64,000 bases of DNA from Cellvibrionaceae bacterium (GTDB taxonomy: Bacteria; Pseudomonadota; Gammaproteobacteria; Pseudomonadales; Cellvibrionaceae). This document shows, piece by piece, positions 29,201 to 41,200 of the stretch. Within the stretch, counting starts at the first letter, position 1; the number at the start of each line of letters is the position of its first letter. The notes below the pieces were generated by a model. The model ran no database searches and had not been told where the DNA came from. It saw nothing but the letters and a program-made list of their open reading frames with translations. A program made the translations under genes and the position numbers. The stretch lies in assembly GCA_034112445.1 (NCBI GenBank), contig JAWUVI010000021.1, positions 12,815-76,814 of the forward strand, written 5' to 3'.

Positions 29201-32200
29201 AATACAGGTGTCGATATAACTTCGTCATTCGTATAACTACTGGTGTCAGTAAACGATTTACCAAAATCAAGATCAAACAAGCCTTGCGCCGAGGCAATAC
29301 GTTGTTGACTGATAACGGCATCATCTATCTGATTGCCATCCCCAATGACAATAGTTGCACCATTAGCGGTTGCATTATTGGTTAAACCCGCGGCCTCTAA
29401 TTGCAACATCAACCAATCAGCAACAATATTATTAATTGGTTCTGCCACCGTAACAGCGGCTATGTCTGCTTGGGTCACTTCATGAGTAAACGCAACACCA
29501 TTCACCGTCACCATCCAAACATCCCCAATAGCCGGAGAGCTGTCAGCGTTCAGATCAAGAGTGAACTTATCCCAGCGATCGTGTGTATTATCCCATGTTG
29601 GAGCTGGTAAGATTTCTGCATTTTTAATGATTAAGTTGGCGTCTATTTGCCCTTCATCTGCAGCCACAATAACCAATTCATCTCCAGAAGCGGTTACATC
29701 ATAACCGCTACCAAAGTGAGTACTGATCGCCAAGGCCATAGCGTCTAGGTCAGTTGTTGCGGTGCCAATATAAGGTTGCACACCAGACCCGGCGATAGTA
29801 ACAGTCCATTGATCACCAGCTGAAATTAATCCGCTGACATCGATGCTTTGCTCATAAACCGTAACAGTACTTGTTGTAGGCGAGGCTGACGTAATGACAT
29901 CGGCATGCAACGTCAGATTGGGAGCCGCGCCATTTGTGCGTTTAATCAACAAAGTATTGCTATTGGAATCATAAGTAGCCGTATAAGAACCACCAAAATC
30001 ACCCGCTAAATTGTCACCGATGGTACCCAATGCCAGGGATCCATCTGATTCACTAGAGACAACCGTTGAACCTGACAAAACACTCCAATTAGCTGCTGTG
30101 ACGGTATTATCCAACACTAATTTTTGTTGATACTGGCTATTGGAGGAAGCAAACGTGCCATTACCTGAAGCGGACGAGGTTGCTGTCGAAATGCCGCTGC
30201 CACTTGCGGCGGCGATAGCCGTTAATCCAACGCTAAACGATGTTGAATCTATCGAAGTAACAACATAATCAGAACTGAGAGTATTACTTAGGTAAGAACG
30301 TAAATCAGCCGTAACATCCGCCAACGAAGGCCGATCTGCTACATCCGTGAAACTGGCCGTGTAGGTTTTAGTCACCCCATCAATATTGATGGTCCAAGAC
30401 TGGCCACTGCTAACTTGTCCGGCATCGCCTACGGTAAAGGTACGCTGAATTAATTCTGATGAAGCTCCTTGTATCTGCTCATCCTCAGTAACCGTAAGAG
30501 AAACGCTTTTAGAACCAGCATCGACAATTGAAAGCTCATTACCATTAGAAAATCCAGAGTACTCAATTCGGTAATCAGAACCTAGACCTGGTGCTGTGTC
30601 GGTTTTGACTTTAGCGATTAAGCCATTGGCTATTTCGGTGAACGTTGGGTTGCTATCGGTTGGGTAAGTAAAGGTATCACTGCCAATGGTTAGCGCCCAT
30701 ACCTGACCGGTACCATATGCAGATACAGAAGATAAAACAAAATCATTCTCTTGCAGTTCAGTCGACGACTGAGATGAAACTACAGTCGTCTCATGATCTA
30801 CGTCTAGTCGGAATCCAACTTCAGTATTGCTAATCTGTACACTCTTATTATCAGCACTACGAGTCACATTAAAGAAGGTGTTTACAGAGCCATAAAACTG
30901 AGTATTAAGACCAGTGCTAGCATGATTCAACTGGTTGAATAAATCTGTCGTTAGAGAAATATCTGTACTGCTAGGACCTGCAGTAACGGTGTACTCTTCA
31001 CCACTCACATTGACAGTCCAAACATCTCCATCAGTGACAGAAGCAGGAAAATCTATCGTAGAGCTAAGACGCCAGCCACCAGCTGCACCAGTATCACCAA
31101 CATCAGCAGGACTATTGTTGGGAGCTCCAGCTGGACCGGACAACATGTCGGTTGTTACTTCTATAACATAATTATCTTTGTAGTAAGAACCACCGCCTTC
31201 AATGGTGAGGTGATGCATTGAGTCATCAATAGAGCCATCAAGGGTACCAATATTATCATTGGGTTGATCGTACCAGCCGGTGTTCTTACCTGTGATGCTA
31301 TCCGTACTGACCTGTTGACCTGTGGTTAATTTAGATTCTGCTTCATTCTCCAACAGCGGTGCAGGTATAAATTTAAATTCGGCAACCTCTTGGTTTTCAA
31401 GACCGAGGTGTAACTTATAATCTACGCCTTCAGGAACACCGGTTCCGTAAGTCGCTGATTTGTTGGTTCTACCATCGACTTCAAGAACGTAGATGCCAGC
31501 CGTATTAATTGTTGCTGATAAGCGAGCATCATTGATGCTTGTGCTACCAGAGTCGGTTGTCGAACTACCAAAACCAGTAATACTCACTGGTACGTATTCA
31601 CCATCAATTAATTGCAAAAGGCGTAAACTACTCTGCCACCAAATACCATCTCCTGACTCATACCCCGAATCAATATCAGCGCTAAAACTTACAGGACCTT
31701 CTTTGACAACAAACTCGTAATAGTCACGGCTATCATCGCCGGTGCCATTAACGGTTATATGAGGTCTGTCTTCAGACAGTTCGATGTCATCGCTAACAGC
31801 CTCACTCCAACGTGCAAGACTGAGGTCTTGAGCCGTAGCCATGGAATCATTGCCCACTAACTCTTCTACTTCAGCAAGACCAACACTGCCTGTAAATAAA
31901 TTGCCAGCGGCATCAGTAATCGCTTCACCTTGAGCCAGTACACCTGTTGTAGCACGCTCTGCCACTTGGGTAGTGGAGTCACTTTGTAAGCGATAAGAGG
32001 TGATAATGTCATCGACAGTTGAGTCAATACCATCCATATCGGTAATGACTCTCTCAAGTAACAACAGAGTTGGTTCGTCACCATCGGCGATGGTGACGTC
32101 GACTACGCCCATATTAAAGCCGTCGTAGTTAGTGTCTTCACTGGTCACTGTATGAGTAATTCGCCCGTAGTGTGTTCCTTCAACCACATCATCCGCATTC

Positions 32201-35200
32201 GCTTTAAAGGTAACGGTTTGCACATCGCGCCAGTTGTCTTTAGTGAACTTGAGGGTCACCGAATTGGCAAAAGTTACACCATCATCATCACTGAGCGACA
32301 ACTGGCCATCAGTATCAGCCGTTCCGTCAGCCGCTATGGTAACGAATACATCTTCTGCAGGCTCTTGACTCAACACAACTCGATAGCTGTCTTTATTCAA
32401 CTCAGTAATATCTTCAGCAACTAATGGCGAACCATTGTTTTGACTGATAACAACAGACGCTGAATCTTCATCGATTACTTGTACCACCATACGGCTTAAA
32501 GAAAGCCTATCGTAGTCATCACCATCCTGATCGGTAAGACCTTCCATCACACTGTGACGAATTTCTACTGATTGATTGCCTTCGGCGTAATTATCTTCAA
32601 GCGCTGTCACAGTAATGGTTTGAGCAATAAACCAGTTACTTCTGTCAAATAATAACGTCGTGGCTGTTTCATTACCGTTAAGAGCAACGCCTTTAGCGCC
32701 AGCTTCTTGTTCATCTTCAGTTGGAACAACGGCTGTTGCAGAGATACGTACAACATCTTCTGGCGGTCTAGTTAAGACCACTTCGTAAGTTGTAACACTA
32801 TTTGGATCAACCAATGCAGTGCCGTCTTCATCTTCATAAGCGCGGAGTGACCCCGCGATTGGACGAATCAAGACACCGGCTTCATCGGCATCCATTACAT
32901 TAGCTGAAATCATTGCCTTGATGGCATCTAAACGCTCATCGGTGCTGGTTACAATATTTTCAATCAGGCCGCTATGACCAAGCAAATCATCGGCAACCAC
33001 CGATACAGCATCGCCATCATTACCACCAGCCATTTCAAAGGTGTCACTGCCTAAACCGCCAACTAAATTGAGCTGTACGTTTTCATTCGTGCTGTAAACA
33101 AAGAAAGTATCGTTACCTTCCATGCCATCGATGACCAGTTTTTCGATACCTTCAAAGTTGGTGAAGCGCCCTGCTCCATAAACGCCTGTATCAGTAATAA
33201 CAAAATCATCACCAAATTCAGTACCTAAAATAGTGACTGTATCTAAGCCATCACCACCAGAAATATTAACCGGAGCATTTAAAGCGTAACTGATAAAGTC
33301 AGCGCCCTGACCACCATTAATATTAGTAAACGGTGCTTGAGGATCATCAGGATTAACCAACACGAAACTACGAATTAAGAAGGTATCGTTATCTTCATCA
33401 CCATAGAGTGAAATTTCTTTAGTGTTTCGATAAATAGTGAAACTGTCTTCACCTGTGCCACCGCGCAATGTCGCGGGGAAGCTAATGCCGTTACTGATAA
33501 AACCTTTTGTAACCAACGTTGTATCAAAGATATCTTTTGGTTCAATAGGAGACAAACCAGACAATGCATCACGTGGCGAGTTGAATACCTGACCCACTTG
33601 GAAGTTATCGTTACCAGCATCGCCAAATACGGTTAATGCCGCGCTGGTATCATCGAAAGTAAAGTTGTCATCGCCGTCACGACCATAAACGTTAATGCCA
33701 CCATTGAGATCGCTACCATAGTTGACTCGCTCGATGTCACTTCCAGCAACACGATTACCATTGCTGTCTAATTCCATTTGCATCGCATTAATAGAGTTTG
33801 GACGGAACAGGAAGTCATCGACATCATCGGTGCCAAATACGTTCAAGGTATTTATGGCATCTAAATCACCAGCTGATTGATCATCAATATTAATAATTGA
33901 TGACCCAGAACCCGCCAGGGCAATATTGTAAAAATCTGAGCCCTCTTGACCATATAGGTTCAACACACCACCAATACCATTGAGGAATGTTTGTTGATTA
34001 AACTTGTCAAAGTTCACATTAATAGTGTCATCGTCACCATCACCAGCAAAAACAGAGGCCTGAAGACCTGTTCCTGAGAGATTAAGAGTGTCACCACCAG
34101 AGCCTAACTTAATCGTTGTATTTTCGGCTTTCTGTACAGAAACATGAACTTGATCGGCACCTGATCCTGTATCCAAAACCACTCGATTAAAGGTGTTATT
34201 AGCGATGATATTGACTTCATCGGCACCAAAACCTGAATCGACCGTTAAGTTATCCATAACGGTATCGCTGATGATATTAATTACATCTGCACCGCCACCA
34301 GTGTTAAGCGTAATGTCTAGCCAATCAACACCCTCGGTAATATTAACGGTATCGTCAATGTCATGAATTTGAGTCACCACATCATCAAGCGGATCATCAT
34401 TACCTTGATCGTCTATGTCGTCAGCATTAACATTGAACGTGGCATTCTCAAAACCGCGTAACCACAAGCCACTCCAATCGCTATTTTCAAGCTCAATGGT
34501 ATCGTAGCTAACGTCATAGGCCGTATAGTCAAGGCCATCTGTATCAAGTTTGCGACCTTCTACATAATCATTAGTAACTTTTACATCTACTGTGGTGGTT
34601 TTATTAACCGTGATGGTTTCTGGCAAGTAGAAACCAGCGGTATCTTGGAAGGTCGTAATATCAACACTGTACTCATCGCTCGTGCTATCACCGTTTTTAT
34701 CTAAAATGAGGCCGTCACTCAAGGTTGCCTTAACCGCAACGGAGTTTTGTAATTGCGTCACCCGAATCAATTTGTCGACATTAACTTGAGTGAATTGTGT
34801 TCCGATTCCTGAAGTATCAACACCACTCGGTGCCGCACTGATTAGTGCCGCACGATAAGCCGACCAGTTATCAGCCGTTAGATAGAGCTCTTCAGTTTCA
34901 CCGTATTTAACCCCAAAAGCATCTTTTAGATCCGCGGTATATTCCAGCAAATCTTCAAGCGCCACAGGCGCATTAAAGCGATTAATAGCAACGCCTTCTA
35001 GAGCTGGATCGCCATTGGCTGCCACACCATAGTACGAATAGGTGTAATAACTTGTATTCAATGCCGCCAAGGCATCGGCATAAGCCATTTCCATCGCGAT
35101 GGTATTGCCCTTTGGCGCTTCAATAGAGCTAGACACTGAGGTAGTAGGATCAGCAGTCATTTCGCCTACGGTATAAATAATACTGAGCAGACGCAGTGTG

Positions 35201-38200
35201 TCGCCGGTTAAGTCGTTTTCAGCCAGTTTGCTCGTGACATTCTTATCACCAGCAACCAAGCCAGAATACTTACTTATTTCTTCCGCTGTATGTGTTTTTT
35301 GGAACCACTCATTGGCATCGTCTAATAAGCCTTGATCCCACAGTTCCTGACTGTACTCATAGGTCGCTATGCGTTTAGACAAATCTATATCGCTGCGAGT
35401 GTAAACCGTAAGGTTTGTATCACCGCTCCACGTATAATCATCCTTCAGCTCATTTTTGGCAGAAGCTAAAGTGACGTAATCATAAACACTTTGCATCGCG
35501 TCTTTAACGCTTTGAACGCTAGGTGTACTTTCTATCCAATCACGCAAATCAGTATCGATCATTAAGGCGTTCAAACGATCAATAGAAAAGGCGCCAGACC
35601 CCGTTATTTTTTCACCGCTTGAATCTAGCTGACCAATTAACTCTTGGCCTTTCTTAGCAAAATTCTCAAGATAGATAACAAGAGACTGCTGTGCGTCAGA
35701 TACAGGCGCTAATGCGGTGATTTCTGCACGCAATATGGCAAGAACATCCGATAGTACAAACTCTTCTTCCTGCGTATCTATCTGTAGCGTGATCGTTGCA
35801 TCGCTTAAGCTCGCATCCGATAAGCCATCAAGCATACCGAATTGAGTTTGTTTGTTAGCACGCTCAAGCGCGGCTTGTACGTCAGCGTGATCCACATCAC
35901 TTAATAAGCCAGTGAATTCCAATACAGCATTGCCTTGAGCGTCCAAGACAGGTTGGCCGCTGCTATTAAGTACAGGGGTTCCGGCAGACACAAAATTTCC
36001 TGCGTCATCAAGATACGAAATCAGGCTGATGTCTTGGTTGTATTGATATTCAGCCAAATTGAGATCTATTCGGCCAACGTTTAAATCAGCACCTGCGGCT
36101 TCTTTTATATTAAGGGTTATAGAATCGCTATTACCGGGTCCGCCAGCAAGCCGAACAGTTCCGGCTATACGAGCCAAGTCGTAATTTGCAGGTAATATTT
36201 TGCTAACAGTACGTTGAGTTAAGTCGTCAAAGCGATAAGACGCTTCACCATCCACCTCTAATGAAATGTAGTCTTGCGATACGTTGACCTTGCTATCGTT
36301 CGGTAAAATCGCTTCAGGCTCATAGAACATTGAGATTAAATCACGGAATAAATTACCGCCCTGACCTTCGCTGTGTCTATCTTTTGAAATCCAGTGCTGC
36401 TCTGAAGCTCCACCACCATCAATAGCGCCTAAAGGCACGTTCACCGTGTAAGTACGAGACTCCCAACTGGCATCAAACAACCAGTTCCAGTCCCAGTAAT
36501 ATTCTGTAACAGTCTGAGGATAAGTAATTTGGCCAGTGTTGAGATCATCTACATACAAATCTGGATCATAACCCCATTGATCCTGGCGAGTAGCGTCATA
36601 AATTCCCGTATGAGCGCCACCATTGCCGTTATCAACAGAGTTATAAACTTGATCCGCGTGTATATAACCGCCCCATATACTGTAGGCAACCGCGTAACGC
36701 AGGTACTCATTAAAGAAGGTCTCATCCAAGCTACGAGAACTTCCCGCTTGTAAATCACGGTCTTCATTAATAACCGAACCGGTTAACAATTCATCCCAAT
36801 CACTGCCATTACCGTCGCCAAGATTTTCTAAAGCAACAAGTTGTTCAGCGGTTAATACCGCGCGATCGGGCGCTAGGTTCAACAAGGTTTGATAGGAGAT
36901 ATCATCCGGTAAAGTTGGAGCTGTAGAACCGAGCCCAAAGCCAATTTCGAAATCTTCGCCATTAGCGCCGCTCAAACCGGTCATTAGATTACCCAACATC
37001 GCCTGCTCAAAGGCGTCAACATCATCGCCGTACTGATTCGAGCCATAAAATGCTTCGTTAAGCTCTCTGTATACGTTGGTCGTAGGATCACTAAAATCAA
37101 CTTGATCCCATACCGTAGTGCCTGCAACAGGTGCATCCATTGCCCGTTCAACTGCCTGCGAATAGAGTTTTAATACAACCGACAAGTTGGCTTCGAGCAA
37201 TTTCCAATGGACGGAATCCATTTTCACTGCATCAATATCTTCTTGCTTAGAACTGATCCACTTGGCGAAAAACAAACGGAACAAGTCTTCTTTCTCTTGC
37301 TCCGTTTCTAACGCTCTTTTCTTAAAGATAATCTCGTTGAAATCAAGATCGGCATCACCATCGGTTTGAGTCTCTAAAACTTTCTTTTCAACGGTATAGA
37401 TCGCACTGCTTTCAGGATAGGTGACATCAAAATCAACCTGTTCGCCACCCATGATGACTTCATCATCGCCAGAACCGGTGTTAATCAACAATTCTAGCTC
37501 GGCATTCAAACCGTATAGATAAACTTCATCATCATCACCGCCCGTTAAAATAGCTAAGCGTTCGATATTACTGACACCTTCGATTTTAAGGCCAGCACCG
37601 TAGATAAATTGCTTACCTTCGTTATCGGTAAAGACATAAAACACATCGGCCAATGCCGTACCTGCCAGCACAACCGTATCAAAACCTGAGCCACCATTTA
37701 TCAGTACGCGGTTGTTTTGCACGTAATTCAATAAGACGTCTTTATCAGACTCTTCAATATTATTTTCTGCGTCGCCTGCACCTGCTGTAATGGTACTGCC
37801 GTCGAGCTCCGTGCCATCAGCTTGTAAGTGAGCGCGTAAGAAAAAGGTATCGTCGCCTGACTGACCAAACAATTTGAGTTCACCAATGTTGTGATTGACC
37901 TCAAAGTAGTCATCGCCAGAACCACCAAAGAATTCACCGTTATAGCTGACACCGGCGGTAATACCTTCGGTGCCGTCGACGGCGTCAATAACTCGACCGT
38001 CATCTAGAGTCACTTCGGTGGTTTCAATAACACGACCAATAAGGAAGTTATCAGCGCCTTCGTCACCATAAACAAAGGTAGCGGCCATGCTGTCGTCAGA
38101 AATGATGGTGTCATTACCAGCACCACCATGTATTTCTACGTTTTCAGCGCCACGGTTGTAATACACACGCTGGAATTCATCAGGGCTCGACAATGATATA

Positions 38201-41200
38201 GACGGAGCTGTAGTGGCTGCCGCATCGGCAATATCCATTGGATCACTGATAAATGAATTATCAGCGACAGTAAAGTTCGAGAAATTACCTTTGCTGTCTT
38301 TAGCACCATCAATAATTTCGATACGCCATGGATCACGGTGAGTACCAGCACCAGCTACAGAAACCTCATTGATACCTGGAAGCTTTTCTAGCTCGGTAGT
38401 TAAATAATCGATTCGCGCTTGCTTGCGTAGAATATTTTCAGCTTTAGTAAAGTTAACATCATCGTTCGGGTTTGTAGGCAACGTGAAGACGTGTGAATCG
38501 GTTGTAGCCGAATCATTATCGTCATAACTCAGAGTAAATACTGTGCTTGGATCTGTATGGGTTGAGCGCACATAAAACTGCTGTAAAGCAAACTGTGGCT
38601 TATCAAACATGGCATCCACATCGGGTTTGCCTGCTAGTAACGCATCGGTTAAATCGGCATTTAAGCGCTGTACGTAAGCTCGCGCCACCTTGGCATCAGC
38701 AATAGACTTATCACTACTAAATAATTTGTAGTATTTACCTTCAGAATTAGCGTCAGCATCAATAATATCGATAAGCCAAGCATCATCTTCTGCACCAGTT
38801 CCTGTAACCGTAACGTTACGAATTCCGGCCAGTTTTTCTAATGCTGCTTTAATCGCTGCGGCTGAACTCGAACCGTCCAAAATGTCGGTTGTGGATTCTC
38901 CATGATACTCCAACGTAAATGCATCACTCGCAACATCGCTTGTATAAGTCACTTGCTGACTGGCCGTATCAACATCCATATGCAGGGTATCGGCTTGAAC
39001 CAATCCATTGCCCCCACCCCAGATTTCAACGCTGTCAGTTTCTTCCGTATTCGTGCCGCTATCGCGAACCTCAACGGACGACTCACCAGCAATCGCTCCA
39101 CTTAATGTAATCACATAGGTATCTGAGCCTTGATTACCATCCAAAATGGCTTGCTTAGTGAAATCGTTAATGGCAAAGCTGTTGTTAGACGCACCGCCAT
39201 ATAAGGCAAATTCTTCAAACAGCGCCATAGTGACTTCAGTTTCATCAACAGCTACTTGTCTAGTCTCTAAGTTAATAACGCCGTCTACCTGAACGGGGAA
39301 GATTCGATCTTCTATACCCGTAATGTGCAACGTAGAGTTTGACAGTGAGTAATTGAGATCGCGAATTTCAAGCAAGGTGTCTATATCACCAGAACCTTCT
39401 AACGAGCCATCAATGAAGGTATCGACCCCGGCGCCACCGGTAACCAAATCACTACCGGTACCTGAATCGATAGTGTCACCTAGGTGATTGTCACCTACTG
39501 ACAATTGAGTGCCTACAATTCGGTCATCACCAGCACCGCCGACAAGGGTTAGGTTATCGACAACATGGGCGGTAATTATTTCATGAGATTCAATTGCGGT
39601 GATGTCTTCAGGCAGGAAGCCAGCAATAATAATATCATTACCACCTATAACTGGATCACCATTTGAATCTACCGCATTGGTATTGGCATCACCTTTGATA
39701 GTGACATTATCGCGATTACCTGTAATGGGTGCATTCTCGGACATATCATCGGCATTACCATCAAGGTCAATGCCACGAACAATAATGCTTAGATTACGAT
39801 TTTCAGCGATACCGTTTTCATCGATACGATGATGATCTACTTGTAGAACGTCAGTATAAATTGTCTGCGCATCAGTACCGGCACCAGTGACTAAATGGCC
39901 GACAGTGAACGAATCATCTTCAGCGTTTGAACCGGCAATGGTTATGCTATCAACCGCATCATCATTGACATAGGTTGGGTCTAAGAACCAATCGGTTTCT
40001 CCGGTTTTTTGTAACACAGCACCATCAACTGGCTCATTACCTTCTACCCGAACACCATCTTTGTAGTAGGCCCAAACGTCTTTTTCTTTCATCCGTGGGC
40101 CAAGTTCTTCAACGGTCTGATAGGCTGAAATATAGACATCGGCCGACGCATCTGACTGTGCTGTGGTCAATACAGCGAGCTGCGGATTGCTGTCAGAAAT
40201 TGTTTGTAATACCCAACTGCCACTTTCATTGAGTTTCTCAATGGTGTGGAAGGTAGTAACGGTATTTTGTTTCACAGCTTCAAAATCAGAAAAACTGTAT
40301 TGCGCGGTTAATGTTTTAGCTGAATCAAAACTGCCTATAACAAACGCCCAAGGCTCTAAAACAGTGCCTTTACCTTGGACCTCAATAGTTCCGACAGAAG
40401 GGAAAGCGGTAGATAATTGCGATAACAAAGAGGCTTTAACGGCATCTACTTCTGCTTGTGTTGCTGAACTGGATAACCAAGTAAAGTTAATCGCTGCAAC
40501 AGCTGAACCATCGTATGAGAAACCCGCTGAACTGACGCCAAAAGGAATATTAATCGATGCCGATGTACTGCTGTCTGCAGTCGCTTCGGCCACTTGTGGA
40601 TCAAGATCAAAATTAATCGCTAATAATAAATTGCCCATGATTGCGCTAACAATTTTAAATTGTCCGTTTTCATAGGTCACTGCAGCGTCACTTAAAGGTG
40701 ATGAAGAACTCAACAAGCTCTGTAAAGCCACCGCTTTAGCTTCATTTGTGGTCACATCCGTAGTCGCTGAACCAAAGCTGACGCCTAAATCAACTGGGTG
40801 TGACGGATCAATGTTTAGGGTTGTGCCATCAATTATAAATTCAGGTGGTAAAAATTGAGTGGTTATTTCGGTAACGGTATTAAGACTGACTGTTTCACGC
40901 ATTTCTTGAACAGCAACAACATTCGCAAAACTGTGTAATGCGCCTGCACCTGTGCGATCTGCTTCAACAAACGCGACAGACCAAGCAACAGACCAAGGGT
41001 CTTCAGCAGTCACTTGTCTGGCTACTTGTACATTCGTAATACCGTTAAGAGCCTCTAACGCCGCCTCTACTTCTGCGGCGGTCATGTCGGCTTTAATTAA
41101 CGCTTTTTCACCGTTGTAAGAGAAGTATGCACTCGATTGCCACGCTTCCAAACCAATGATTCGCTCAGCCACATCGGCCGTTCGAGTTTCATGTTTTTTA

